Both the position numbers and the translations under genes were made by a program. Source: Epiperipatus broadwayi (taxonomy: Eukaryota > Animalia > Onychophora). From it: DNA of 64,000 bases. Below are positions 24,401 through 39,064 of the stretch, one piece after another (the stretch's first letter is position 1; each line of letters opens with the position of its first letter). The stretch lies in the NCBI GenBank assembly GCA_028023455.1, contig JAQFVV010000001.1, positions 992,001 through 1,056,000 of the forward strand. Direction: 5' to 3'. Below the pieces are notes generated by a model. It ran no database searches and was not told the origin of the DNA. It saw only the letters and a list, made by a program, of their open reading frames with translations.

Positions 24401-27400
24401 AGAATCATGGCAAGCAAGGTGCAGTTACTTGTTTGTGTATTGAAAAGATTATTACCAGTGAAAGGTAATTAATAGAAGCTTAATCAAGCAGCAGAGAGAA
24501 GTTGGGAGTCAAAGTAATTAATATCAACATATATATATTGTGAATGCTGATGTAAACACTGATATTGCAAACTTTTAATAGATTTATTTTATACATGAAA
24601 TTATATATGTTCATTTGTGTTTCAAAGACATTTTATTTAAATCACAAATATAATTGTCTGAATTACTCTTGGTATGAAAAAACTACTATTTTCATTTGAG
24701 GAAAATGAATAGTATTAGAATATATGGACTCTTACTTTTTTACATTGTTTTTATCACATTATTATTATTAAATAAATCTTGTTATATATACATTTTGAAG
24801 TATATTATTTATTTATTTAGCTCCCTGACTGGTCTTTAGAGACTCTCGGGACACAGCAATTTTAAAATAAAAAGTAATTAATGTAAATTAACATGTAAAA
24901 TAATAGCATTTATAATAAGCAATTAAATTCATAAAAATCACTTGGATAAAAAAAACTGATTGATATTTTGGAAAAGTTAATTCTGCAGTGATCTTTTACA
25001 AATCAATTTATATAAATATATCATAATATTACTTATTTAGACAAACTTGAAATTTTGCAAGTACATCTTGTGATAATTCATGTTCTTTGATTACTTTTAC
25101 AAATTGGAAAAATCATATTCACTTCTACTATGATGCCATAGACTTTTATTATGACATTAGATGAGGCAATAGATTTTGTTTTTATAAAGCATTATTCTCA
25201 AAATTTAATATTACTTGATTTAATTTATATATAAGTAGAGATCTGTTATCATGACAACATTTATTTTGTTTAAAATTCCATTAATTTTATGAATGGATAT
25301 GAAAAAAGACATTTTACTATTAGTCCTATTTTATTCAACTCTTCTTTTAATTAAATCTTCTTACTTTTCTTAATTTGAGGATTATTTTCATCTTTTTTTT
25401 TAAAATAATAAATGCTGCTGATAATAGGATTAAAGTGGAGACTTCAGTCAAAGATTTTGTTTAAACATTTTTAATTATATAAGTTTGCTGCAAATTGGAG
25501 AGTTCTTCAAATTTAATCCAGTTTTTTTCTTATCAGTAGGTCTATTTTATATCACTTCAACAAATGTTTATCTTATTTATCCATTGCACACATGATTTTT
25601 TTTATGGATATCTTATAATTTTTTAGGATCCAGTTGCCTATTATCTTTATTAATAATATATTGTTAAGTTTTTTTCGGTGCTTAATTCTTTTAATGTTAT
25701 CACTGCAACCTGATTTTTCTTTCATCCATGAATCTCATTTTCAATCCCTATTTTTTAATTTCAGCATGCATCTTGTTATGTTATTGTAAAATTTGCATGG
25801 TCTCTATTAGTTTCCTATTAAGTATTCTAGTCTTAGATTCTTAAAGAACATCTGTCAAAACAAATTTTTTAAAAGTTTTTTTTTTTTAATATTGTTTTTT
25901 TTTTCTAAAAGCATTTTTTCTAATATTGATTTTATTACAATTTCTTCCATTATGCTCACTATAAACATGAATAATTTGATCAAGATATTTATAGTTGTTA
26001 ATTTTTTTTTTTTTATAAATTATCATCAATCTTTATTTAACTTTATGGTTGGGCTCAATGTTTGTCAAGCCTTATTTATGCGGTCAAATGTGTACAATTT
26101 TAAATTTTAATTGACAATAATTGAAATATATTAAATAAGTATATTATATCAGTGGTATGTTGTTATGATTGCTAAATTATATTACTCAAATAAGTAATCT
26201 TCATCAACAGATTTCCTGGAGTTGATAAAGAATTGGATTGTTCCAGGTGTGTGTTAGACCATCTGCCAGGATGTGTATGAGATTTTATAAGCAGTCTGTC
26301 CGATGGACTAATTTTCAATAATATCAAAATAATGATTTTATTAATGTTATTATTAATTTAAAAGTATAGAAATATTTGATATTTTAATATTATTCAATAA
26401 TAATTAGAAAGATTTAAAATTATAACTCTTCTAAATTAATTTTTATGATTAATCCTTAGGCATATTTTTATTGTGATTTAAAATAATTTTGAACAGCTTG
26501 ATTAGTTATCACTAATGATTATAGATGGAGAAGTATTAATTGTATGACATACCATACTTTTATTGGTTTATTTTTTTTGGACAACAATGCTCATTGATAA
26601 AGGTATAAATAAGCTAACATAGATAATAGAAGGGGGATTAAAAGAACAAGAGAAAAGATAACATCTAAACTATAACAGAATTTAAAACCAAGAAGAAGCT
26701 GAAAATTGATAACACTGGATTTGAATTTGAACTGAATTGAAATAATAGTCAGTTGTATTTTGATTCATAAATAATGGAGTAGAGAATCTACTTGACCTGC
26801 ATGCATTTGACCTATTGTTACATCAATTGACAATCATCAGGATTTCATATTTAAAAAAATGGGAACCATTTTAGAAAACAAATACTGTGCTAAAAGGGAC
26901 TTCCGATTTAAAACCAGACAAGAAATCGTAAGCATAAAATTTATTCTATATATTACTACAATTTTAATTATTATATTCATTATGTGCATTTAAAGATTAA
27001 GGATGATTTATTTGGAATGGCAAGTAAAAAAAAAAATTCTGTGCATTCGTTTGTAAAATAAATATAAAGTACTTTTTGCCTTTATACCAAATGTAATAAA
27101 AAACAGATTAAATTAATTACAACAAAAGATTCTGAATTTAAATTTTAAAAAATTAAATCTACTTTAAAAGATATTGCAATAAAATCCTTGTTTTTACCTC
27201 ACCTTTGAGTGGTAAGTTTTAAATTGTGCTTTACACAAAAAAGTGAATCTTAATATTATTAAAAAAGAATTATAAGGCTTAGCACTGTCAGAGAAATGCG
27301 TGAATTTAATTTATATTTTCATCAAAATATTCTGATAATTTTTTTTTTCTAAAACGCTTGTTTACTTCATTGTTAAAAATGAATATTAGAAAACATTTAC

Positions 27401-30400
27401 CCTATTGGTAAGTGCAAAAGATATTTTAATTTATAGCTTGGTTGAATATATTTAATGCAAATCTTGATGAAAGAAAACAATAACAATTTATAATAGTATT
27501 ATGAAAGAAAATGTTTAAAATTACGGATAAAAAAAAAAAGTAAGTAGCAACTTCTTAATTACTATTGTGAAATGCTGGAGTTAACACTAGTTTAAAATAT
27601 TAATAAGATTTTAAAATACAGGAATCATTCTTAATTATTCCAATATATTATCATGGGTGGAAAAATCAATAAAAATGCTTTTGAGAAAAAATTTTTTTTG
27701 CTGTCAAAGTTGAAGATATTATTTAAGTTACAGCTTTTTTTTTTTTAAAAAAAAAAAAAACAGATCCAAAATTCTGCAAAAAAAATATTTATAAGCATTA
27801 CTGTATGGTTGTTTTGTTTGCCAGAAAGTCTTAAATGTTTTATTTTACTTTACCATGATAAAATATGAGAAATATGGATGCGTCGCCTTGTAAATATATT
27901 TTGCCAGCCAACAATGACAACGTTCTCCCTCATCAGTCAGTTTATAGCAAAGGAATTTAGATTACAGACTATGGGAATAAAATATAATAATAATGATTTT
28001 TTTATATTATTGTTCATATTTGTTATTATCTTATATTAGTTTTGGATATGCTATTAAGGTATATATTTTTTTTCTTCTATTTATGGTATAAATATGCAAT
28101 GACTCTGAAAATAGATTAAGGTAAAATTATATATATATATTTTCTTATTGGTTGGCTTAAAGTTAATATTAAATTAGGCTTGTCTAGATAGAGAGAGATA
28201 AACATCCTTACATTTATAAGAATTGTCTACTCACAGAATAATTTGTCAGAAGTATAATAATATTTACTTATGGTGACATAATTATTTTATTATATGGAAT
28301 CTTCCCATATAACCAGGTATACATTTGTTTTATATCTTTACTATATTTTGCCTATAATTTAGTATGTCCACTTTAGTTTATAGAATTTATGTTATTTTTC
28401 GTTGACTATCTTTCTTATTATTGCAAATTTTATTATGCTTTTTAAAATATTTTATAGTCGTTTCACTTGCAGTATTTTTGTTGGTTTCATACACTATCTA
28501 ACATATGCATTGTTTGAGGTGGGATATTTATTTTTTTAGTTTTTAATGTAAGAATTATTTTATCTTGCCATTGTTTTGATGAGGATTTGTGCTTGTTTCC
28601 ATTTGATAAGTGTGAGAAACATATAATTTTACTAAATGTTGTATCATTAATATTATGCATTGGTAGATGGAATATACTCTCCCATTGCTTATTCCATGAG
28701 AGAATTATATTGTTGAGGCTTATAATTATTTTATGCTTAGCTAGTCTAGGTTAATCCCTAGAGAGGATTATTTTCATGGTATGCATTCTATTACCCTGTG
28801 TTGAGATGGTATCCACACATTTTGTTGGAATCTTCCATATTGTTATATAATTATATAACGTTCTGAGGAACCTTTTTTTATTGTCTGATCCCTCATGATG
28901 ATTATTTTCCACCGTATATGGTGAAGTTCTTGGTGTTTTAAAATTGTATGGCACTGATAAGGTAGAGTTAGTTTCAGGGACACTTGTTTATCTATAGGGT
29001 TTAGATAAATGAAAATAGTGTATGTGTTGTGCTGTAGTACCTTGTCAACAGTTTACAAGAAAACCAATAAAATTTATTAGTAATTTTAAAATTTATCTTG
29101 TGTATGGCATAATAAGAGATACACATATGCGATGTCATTTCATTTCCATCATGCAGTAGTTCAGCGATGGATCAGTAAGACATTTCAATAGTTAAGATGA
29201 TTATTTTATGGATGTAGGCAAAGTTTAATATCCTGTATATATTTGACTTCTGGTATCTGTTCCCATATTTATGTAATTAGTTGACTTCATGCTAAACAGT
29301 AATTGTTTCATTTGTACTTCATATGATAATTGTCATTATCATATTACTTAATAGTAAAGTTCAGTTATACTTTAATGCTGTCAATAGCATACTATAGATG
29401 GATATTATGAATAACAGTTACTAGACTTATCAGTGCATCAAAATTGTTAATAAATCTAAAGGGAATATACGTGTAACCAAATGAATATATCTTGTTTTAT
29501 GTTGCTTCTGAAATACATATGTTTTTGGTTATTTATTATTATTGTATAAAGTTATAAATAGTGTAAATAAATATTGTTGTTTGAAAATATATTTAGTTGT
29601 TTGTGGTCTTATTGCTAATTATCATCCATATTGTTATTGTTATTGCTATCAATGCATTATCTTATTGTTTTAAAATCCTCATCAATCACTATAGTAGATT
29701 TTATTACGCATTAACATATCACAATGAGTTTTGGTAAGCTCTTACATTTAAAGTACATTTAAAATTTATGGCTTATTGATCAGAACACTGTTGATCTTAA
29801 GTACATGTCTTATTTTAAATAATATTTTAATGATCTATTGGTTTTGGAATAACCTGTTTATCCGAATCATTAAATACATCATTCACTGATTTTGATCATA
29901 TTGCCATAGTTGTTTAATAAAAGACAGTTTATAAATTATTGTGCTTGCTTTATTAAGAATTTATTTGTACTTCATAAAGCTTTAAATTCATATTGTTAGT
30001 ATTGGGATTGCCAAATATTCTTTATTAATTCTATTTTGTTTTATGAGCTGTGTTTGTTTGTTATACTTGGGTATGGCAAAATCCTTCTCACTGATCCAAG
30101 TATATCTTATGAAATAGCAATATTTAAGTTATTAGAACCCTGACAAAAATTAATTACTAATTAACAATCATAATTCTGAATTTATGGTAATTATTGTTTT
30201 TTTGTTTTTTTTATGTCTGAAGTTGTTTATTATGCTTTGCCTTGATCTCTCATGTTTAATTTTATTGTTTAATTGAGTTTGTATAATTCTAAGATATAAA
30301 TTTTTTCTCTAGTTTTTAAAACTTATAATTTATTTTAACTTCATGGTTAAATATTCTGGTTTAGTCAAGCTTAAAATCCATACTTTGTCTTAATTTTATC

Positions 30401-32174
30401 TTACTGTCATTTAACACAATATTAGTTTTATAGTTCATGATCTCATTCTTCATCATCAACATTGTTCTTATATTTCACCTGGATCATTCTTTTTTTTCAT
30501 CCTCATTTCATCTTAACTCATTATCATAATTGATTCATCCTTTATTGGCTCCTATTCTATCACCATCTTAATCATGCATCACCTAATACATTTTCTTTCT
30601 TTTCTCCTCACTCTTAAGCTCTTTCTTTTTTCACTGTTTAATTATTATTTGTTTTCATCATATATTTAGTTGTCTACTTCTTAATTCATTTATCACCTAA
30701 TTCATAATTCGAATTTCATATTCATTTCATAGACATGATTATTAACTATTTATTGGTTTTGCAAACTAGATTTATCTAATAATATTTTGCTTATAGATTT
30801 TAAAGTTAGTTTAATCAATGTTGATACTGGAAGTTATTATCTTCACGAACACTTTGTGACCTTCCTTAGATTTATCGATTCATGCTAACCTAGTTGATTT
30901 TTATTTTAACATTATTTCCATATACCTATTCTTATTATTCATATAGAGCTGGTTACAATATATGTAATATGATAGGATGTTTTTCAAAATCTTTTAAAAT
31001 ATTTATATTTAATCTTTTATTGTTTTATCAAATACAAGACTGATGGAATGTAATTATTAATAACTTTTTTATTTTTCTTAAATATTAATATTTTATTCTT
31101 ACAGTTACATGGCATATTCTTATTGTTTAGACATTTTGTATATAGCTTTGCCAAGAATGTCTTTATGTTTCCACATGCTTTTTTTTTAAACATGTTAAAT
31201 AACTTTGTCATTTTCTGGAGCTTTTCCATTCTTCATAATTTAATTTGCTGCTTATATCTTTATTTAAAAAAGATGTTCTTTCAAATGATTTTATCATTAT
31301 TGTTTAGGTTTCATTAGCATTCCTGTAGTTTATTATTATAGACTTCTTGTAGAATACTTGCTCATAATTTTTAATATCTGTTTTCAATAGTCACGCCATA
31401 AATTCTTTTCTATATCCTTATACATATTTAAGTCTAAATGATCTTCAAAGTTTTGTTTTAAAGTGATATAAATTTTAATTTAAAATCATTGGAATATTTC
31501 TTAAGATTAATTTATCAATTATTAATTTTGACTGTTCAAAGCTTTTGATTTTTTAACTTTGCATTAACATATGTCTTATATCTCATTACTTGATAAATCC
31601 ATCTTATATATAACTTACCTTAGTACATCAGTTTTAGAATACATATTTTTTATATCTTGCACTTATGTAAATTATATTTAGATATATCTTTAAAATTTAA
31701 GAATTAAATTTTTTTTAAAAAAAATAAGTAGTCTTATTTTGCATGAATATAAAAGATTTTTAAAGATAATTAACATTACATTGCAAAATATACTTCTGAA
31801 TAAAAGTAATAAAGAAATAAAAAATATATATGGTAATTTGAATGAAATTAAAAAAACAATGATAAAAGATATAATTATAAAAAATGTAGAATTGTAATGT
31901 TTTCAGAATTATTAATAAAATGTCACAGTGCATTATTGTGTAATAATTTTTCTAAAGTAGTAACATTTCTAATGGATATATTTATCATTACTTTCTTTAG
32001 ATTGATGTTGTATGTAAACCGTTAAAAAAAAAAGCTCGTATTTGGCTTAATTATGTTTTTTTTTTAATATTTGGCTTAATTATGTTTTTTTTTTAATATT
32101 ATATTGTGAAATTAAAGTTTAGTATTATATTCTTATTTTAAAAATTGTGATATATATATCTGTGTGTTCATTAG

Positions 32175-32264
32175 ACTACTCGTGAGACAATGCGTCGTCA
32201 TGTAAATGATTTTGGAGATCATCTACGTAAGGAAAATGATGTAGCTCTTATTATAGATGGCAAG
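32175..32264 (+). CDS. ATP8A: ATP8A-like exon 3
   Basis: AG/GT bounded, phase 0; TTRETMRRHVNDFGDHLRKENDVALIIDGK. Confidence 0.95.
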
Positions 32265-33790
32265 GTATCTATTTTTTAAATTAGTTGAAAAAAAGTAATT
32301 ATCTTTTATTTTAATTTAATATTTAATTTATTTAAAATAGTTAATTTTTTAATTAAATGTTCCATTGAACCTGTTTTTCTGAATGAGATTAATATATCTA
32401 AGAAAATCAAATGATACAACCAAGTAATTAATAATCCTTAATGTTTATTTGTTTATTTACAGTTACATAATACATTAATAAAAGTCTTAACATTCTATAT
32501 GTTTCATAAAAAGAAAACTAGAATCATTTTTAGATATTTAGCTTTTGTAGTTAACAAGTTTATAATTATCTTAATCTTGTTCTGTCTTTTTTGTCTATTA
32601 TCAAAGATGAAAAGCTGCTAATTTTATGACATTGTACAAAAAAATTGTGATATTAAAAGAAAATTTTTAATTTCTGTTACATAATTTTTTATTTCAAAGC
32701 AAATCATTTGCATTGATCATATTAAATATTATTTTTTAACTATTTTTTTTTACAAAATTAATTCAAAACCTAGTTAGTATTTTTTGTGTGTGTCAAACAA
32801 TATATGATTATTATTAATACTATTGATGTAAACTTAGTTTAAGTTTTGATTATAAAATAAGGTATTATTGTGCTCTTTAAATAGCTAATCTTTAGATAGA
32901 CATATAAAAATATATATCAAATCTGGGCAAATTAATTTTGCACAGCTTTTTGTCACTTTGTTTACTTGAAAAATGTATTCAATTAAAATTATTAAATAGC
33001 AGAAGTGTACAATTTTATATCTTTTTAAATCATATTAAAAGTGCTAGTAATAATTATTGAAGAATATTTACATTGTATTTTTTTTTTTTAAATTAGTTAT
33101 TGTATTTTTAAATTTTTGTTATATTTAGCTGCAACTACTAAGATTCTTTTGTACAAGTGCTTTTTCATTTTATATTAATCTAAACCCATTTCTATTGTTT
33201 CTATCAGAAATTTTATGCAAGTTTTTATACTGTTAAATTTATTCTTTCAAAGTATGAATTTTGGTGGAAAAAAAATGTAGAGAGAATATTTAAAAGGAAA
33301 AAAAAAATCAATAATGGATGAAATAATCTAAAATTAAGAAGGAAATTACTATTAAATCATTAAATAACAGAACATAATACAGATTTTATAAAATTACAAA
33401 AAGTATATTATTTAGTTATTTTAATCAAATAGAAGCTGTAAAAATTTATTGCAATGAAATCTTTTAATGCAAAAAAAGTAGGGAAGTTTATAATTTAGAT
33501 GAAAAAAAAAAATCATTTGGTGAACATGAATAAAATGAAGCAATTAGCAATATTTAAAATAGATGTGTGATGGTGTATGATCAAATTTTTAAACAATTTT
33601 ATTAATGGCTTAAATAAGTAATGTTAATAAAAATTTAATTATGTTTTAAACAGTTTAAATAATTTATAGTAAAGAATATATAATTATGATAATATGTAAA
33701 TATTAATACAATATATTTTAATTTATTATAATGCATTTAATTTATCTTCTTATATATCTTATAATTTAAGCCTTCTTTTTTTTGTAACAG

Positions 33791-33873
33791 ACATTAAAAT
33801 ATGCCCTGTCATGTGATATTAGACACGATTTTTTAGACGTGGCTATTTCTTGTAAAGCTGTCATTTGTTGCCG
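33791..33873 (+). CDS. ATP8A: ATP8A-like exon 4
   Basis: AG/GT bounded, ends phase 2; TLKYALSCDIRHDFLDVAISCKAVICC(R). Confidence 0.96.
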
Positions 33874-33966
33874 GTAAGCTAATTTGGATATTTAATATTA
33901 TACTTTGATGTGAATTATTTAAAATTTTTTGTTGATGATTAATTTTTTTCATTTTTTTTTCCCAAG

Positions 33967-34072
33967 GGTATCTCCAATTCAAAAGGCAGAAATGGTGGAA
34001 TTAATTAAAACTTCTGTACAAGCTGTTACACTTGCCATTGGGGATGGAGCCAATGATGTAGCAATGATTCAA
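33967..34072 (+). CDS. ATP8A: ATP8A-like exon 5 (P-domain GDGAND)
   Basis: follows a 93-nt intron; (R)[35 protein letters not shown]. Confidence 0.97.
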
Positions 34073-35522
34073 GTAAATCAGCAGATAAATTAATGAATAA
34101 TGTTAATATTGTTATGATGATTATGAAATTTTAATTTGTTTTTAGAATATTGTGTTTTTATAGATTCATTATTTGTAATAAATATAAAAAGCTATATTTT
34201 GATTGAAGGTGAGCATTTATATTCTTATTATTCAATAATTTAATAAAACTAAAGAAAATTATTTGGACAGACTAGCCATATTTATGATATATGTTGCCAC
34301 CTGTTATTTATAATTATCAAATAAAGAGCATTTTATTCAGTTAAAATATTAAAGAATGTCACATCAAGCTTTTTAAGATATGCTTTTATGCATTATCCAG
34401 AAGAAAAAAAACTATCTGAAAATTTTATTTAAAGCTTTTATTTTTAGATTATAATAAAAAGAATAAAGACCATTAATTCTTAATTTATAAAAATTATTCT
34501 CAATTTGTTCTCATAGAAACTGATTAAAGCTGCAGTAATCATTTTGCAACTAAGCTGAGTGATGATTCTGTGACATTTACTGCAGCATAATGGCATGCAC
34601 ATATCATTTTTTAACTAACTTATGGGATCATTCTTTTAATCACATCAATTTCCAAATTTCTTATCTTTAAGAATGTAGGGCTGTTTATTGGAATGATGCA
34701 TACAATTATTTTCTTGAATGCCTCACAATGCTACAGAATTATGGAATCATATAAATACTAAATGATTATACATACCACATATACTTTATGATATCATTAA
34801 ATATCTTTGTGATTCCATATCATAAGATAGTACAAAGTATTGACTATTATAACATGATTTTATCTTCTCAACTTTTTAATTAGTATATTCATTTTGGTAA
34901 TTAAATTTTATTAAGAATTATATATGATCTTTTTTACATTTTCATGGACACCATCTAAAGCATATCAACTTCAATCAAATAAATAATTTAGTATTATATA
35001 AGTATGATAAGTAAATTAATTACAGTATGTCAACGTCTATGAGAGTTTCAGCCTTAAATTATTAAATATTATTTGAGTATATTCATATATACAATATAGC
35101 TAGCTAGAAAAAATGATTAACTGTAAATTAACACATATGATATAATTATTAAATATTACTTTTATTAATTGAAAAAAATTATCTATTATATCACATAGAA
35201 ACAAATTTCAGAATAGAAAATTTAATTTTTTTTTTTAAAAAAGAAATAATATAAGAAAAAAAAAGTAGGAATTGTAACTGATTCAATTAATTAGAAACAT
35301 AATTTTTTCTTTGAAATTTGATCTTATTTCATTTAATATAATATAAAGTTGTAACAATTATATTTATAAACCACATACTGTCATTTTTTCAGGTGCATAA
35401 TCTTAAGGTTATAGCCTTAATTCATTTAATATAGAATAATTTTTTTTGGCAATTATTATCAATTAGTAAAATTAATATTTTATAACTAAACCATGTATAT
35501 TAATTTTTTTTTTTTCTGTACT

Positions 35523-38347
35523 TGTTGTGTTTGGCTGAATTGCAGGGTTCAGGCTCAAGCCAACAGTAATATCAAAAAATATGAACACTCCCAAAATACA
35601 GTTATACATAGATCATAGTTAATACTGTGCTAATCGTGCTGAATAGCTTGCCTTGTGAGTTCTAATCTTAACTCTTCCGGTGCTTGCCTAGAGTTTGTTA
35701 AATGATTCTTCTGGCTGTACTAGACGACTTGCTTAGAGTCTGGCACAGTCATAGCAGCTTCTAGTTTTTATTGGGACTGGCTTCACTGCGTAGACGTATG
35801 GGTAGTGAATATAGTAGAAATACCTTTGCTGTTGGAAATGGTTTTAATGGAGTGCACGTTCAATTGTTCAGATTATTAACTCTCTCTCTGTAGAGTATGT
35901 ACTGTCATTTAGGTTAAACAGAAATTCTCTCTCTGTATATCATTTAGACATATCTATCTTTTATTTCCAAAAAGGCTGACTATTTATTGCCAAATCTCCT
36001 ATCTTACTGGCAGCAGTCGGATTCAGAGAGCCTAACCTTTGGTAGGATTTTGTATACATGTTTACACATTAGCCATACTTGTTTTTACCCTTTAGCTATG
36101 TTTATACATTGATTGTCCACATGTTTACACATTGATTAGTGGCAATGAGTGCTCAATCCAAACAGATAAGGACAGAATCTGGACTAGTCCACTTCTGAAG
36201 GTAAGGTCTGATATGACATCCCTGTCCTGGCTAAATTTAGCTCTGGAGAATATAGTTATCAAGATGGGCTGGATGACATGTTGTCCACTTTGTTGGTTTC
36301 TCAGGTTTATTGCTGTTTTTGTCTGGTTCATCATTTCTGGTTTGATGGCCTTGTACCTGGTTGTTTGCTGCTGTTTTCAGTTTGGTGGTCATCATTTTCA
36401 CTTGATGTATTTGTTTCTATGTGATTCAGTCTCAGTTGGTTTAGGTGGCGAGATGTTAATACCCGTCTGCTGTTTGAACTATTGCAGTGTAGAGTCCTTT
36501 CAGTTGTATAACTATTGCTGGTATCCATTCTGTAGAACCATAGAACTTACCTGCAAAGAACATGAGTGCCTATTTGTAATTTTATCTTGCCATTTCTACG
36601 TATTTCGAATCAGGTTTCAGGGCTGACAGGTTAGTTCACAGAGATCTATTGGGTAAGCAGTTCTGCTGGAGTCTTTCTTGTTGCTGTGTTTGGTGAGTGC
36701 CGTGCTAGCAGTGTTCTGGCAATTCTGGTGTTCCATCTTCTTGTACTCATTTTGCTTAATGTTGTGACCTAGTTCACTTTTTTCACTGCAAAGCCTAAGT
36801 GACTGAACCAGTCATGGCCTAATAAATTGCTATGATCACCTGATGCCACCACCAATGGTAAATGTATAGTCTTGTTAGGCATAGTTTTTAGCTAATGTTT
36901 GGCCCATCAGTTTTATTTTATTGCCCTGATAGTCTGAGATTGACTTCCTGTTAGAATGCAGTTTATATTCTTTATTTTTATTAATGATAGCCCAAGTCTT
37001 TCTTGAAACAATGGACACTAGATTCTTTTTCCAGTTCCATTTAACTGGTATATCATTAATTATAATACTATGTATAAATCCAGACTGATCATCTTTAATA
37101 TGATTTATACAAGCAACTTGTTTGTTATTCTTATAATTGCCTTTGCTGTTTTTTTGAAATGGGTCTTTCTATTCTCATATCGACTATCTGTCTTTTTAAT
37201 TTCAGACATGCAGCCTTTATATGTCCGACTCGCAAAACATACAAGCTGTATAGCGATGCAGACATTCTGTACGCATGTGCATTTGTTCGTTGCATATAGC
37301 AACGCATTAGACTATTTGATGCTGAATTATCTGAGCTGTCTAAGTGTTTGACTGATCCAGTGTTATGTTCGATTTTTTGCACATCATACTTAGTAATTTT
37401 TTGTAAAGAGTTTGCCTGATTAGCTATTGCTACTGCTAGTACTGCTTGGGCTTTGTGCCGCAAATAAAACAATCATGAAGTGCATCATTCAGGAAATCTT
37501 TAAATTTGCACTTTAATGCCAATATACATACAGATTTTCATTGCAAACTCTATTCCCCCCCCGCTCTTGGATGCATAGATTGAAATAATATCTCTGCATT
37601 ACTGTTAAGGGTTTTGGGGGGAAATAATCTGTGAGAGTTAACATTATGTCAAAATCTAGATCAGCTAGTGTTTCTGCTGTAGATTGAGATTTTAGTATAT
37701 CCTAAATTTGAGGACCTATTATTGTCTTTCATGTGGCTAATTTTACCTCAGGCTTCTTAATCTGGTTAGCCTGTAGGTAAAATATTAATCGCTCTTTATA
37801 TCTTGACTAGCTCTCAAGATGAGGGGTCAAAAGCTTCCATGGAGCCAATAGAATTAGCCATTTAATCATTTCCCTCTTTAAATCGTGAGTGAAATACTAC
37901 CAATTTTTTATTTTTGCAAGTTACCACTTGTAACTTTTACAATTATTGTTTGTAACGGTTCTACAATCGTTTTTTATTTTTTATTTTTTTTTTGAGTTAC
38001 CACTTGTAATTTTAATTTTACAGCTATGTTTTGTAACTGACTAAAAAAAATCGATAGTGACAAAACTTAAATCCACCAGGATGAGTTTCTATCGCTTTGT
38101 TGCGAGTAAAGCTTTCGTGATTACTTGAAGTTTTTAATTGACATGCCTATATATTTGCAGTCAATTTTTCATTCGAACAGATCTAAGTGATTTTAATAAT
38201 CACCATAATGTCAAAACGATGAATGTCTTTAGCCGCAGTCACTTATTTACTTTCTTTTTCCAGCCAATTCTGATGGAACTGGCTTATTTTATACTATTTT
38301 TCCAGTCAATGGGGAAAAATATTTCTTGTCTCTGCTGAATCTGTTGT
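35523..38347 (-). mobile_element. Gypsy LTR element 2, diverged relative of element 1, 5' LTR lost
   Basis: 3' LTR 35523-36218 (TGTTGTGTTTGG...ATATGACA, homologous to element 1 LTR); PPT AGGACAGGGA; gag ATG at 37861 (MANSIGSMEAFDP); leader homologous to element 1; only TGTTGT of the 5' LTR end remains at 38342. Confidence 0.85.
36225..37861 (-). pseudogene. gag-protease-(integrase tail) pseudogene of element 2
   Basis: two decayed CCHC knuckles; protease DTG mutated to EKE; LLGHDWF...KVN*VTTLSKM then RHSPNTATRKTPAELL and KLQIGTHVLC. Confidence 0.8.
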
Positions 38348-39064
38348 ATCTTCAGGCAGATCTAAATGTTACATTTTGTCACTGATTTGTAAATACGACG
38401 AATCTATTTGCTTTGCACTCACGTATTTTTTCAAACTACCGAATCTGATTTTATTCAAGCAGAATAGTGATTTTTAAAGAGTGATTTGTATTTTATTTTA
38501 AATAATTTGGATTTGTAAATAATGCTTATTATCTGGGTATTATTTTGAAAGAAACTGTTAGTTTAAAAAAAAGAAAAGAAATAAATTTGAAATAACTTTT
38601 CTTTACTAGTTAAAATTATTTTTTAAAAATAATAATAATTACTATATATCACATTTGTATGCTAATCTTATGAATTTTATATAAGAGGAAAGGTAAAGAA
38701 ATAATGATAATGATGTAAGTGCAGTAATATAAATTGCCTGTCTCAAATAACTGTGGTTAATGATGTAATTATTTCCATTAGTCTCATTTGCTCATAGTTA
38801 AATTTATATTTGATTATTGAAAATTGGATTTTATGTAGATGGATTTATATATGCACAATTGTTTGTTCTATGTTTAATAGTTTATATGTGTTCATCCATA
38901 TGGGAGAATACATTCCTATCAGTTTAATGAGTTGAGGATCGATCTCAGAACAAGTCATTCCTGTATAAATTGTAATTGTATTAAATTAGGTTTAGGACCA
39001 AAAGCCCATTCCTTATGATTATTGTATAGAAGGTTTATTTAGTTATGGCAGGGGTAGGCAAACT

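Noticed and set aside
23500-24560. Faint + strand LINE-like (L2/CR1-group) coding remnants
   Set aside because: Only scattered motif-like fragments with many stops; too degraded to call by eye.
25300-26300. Faint - strand RT-like remnant (possibly R4/Dong)
   Set aside because: One or two weak motifs only; needs a profile search.
28300-31600. Strand-biased, coding-like decayed sequence on the - strand
   Set aside because: No diagnostic motif or termini recognised.
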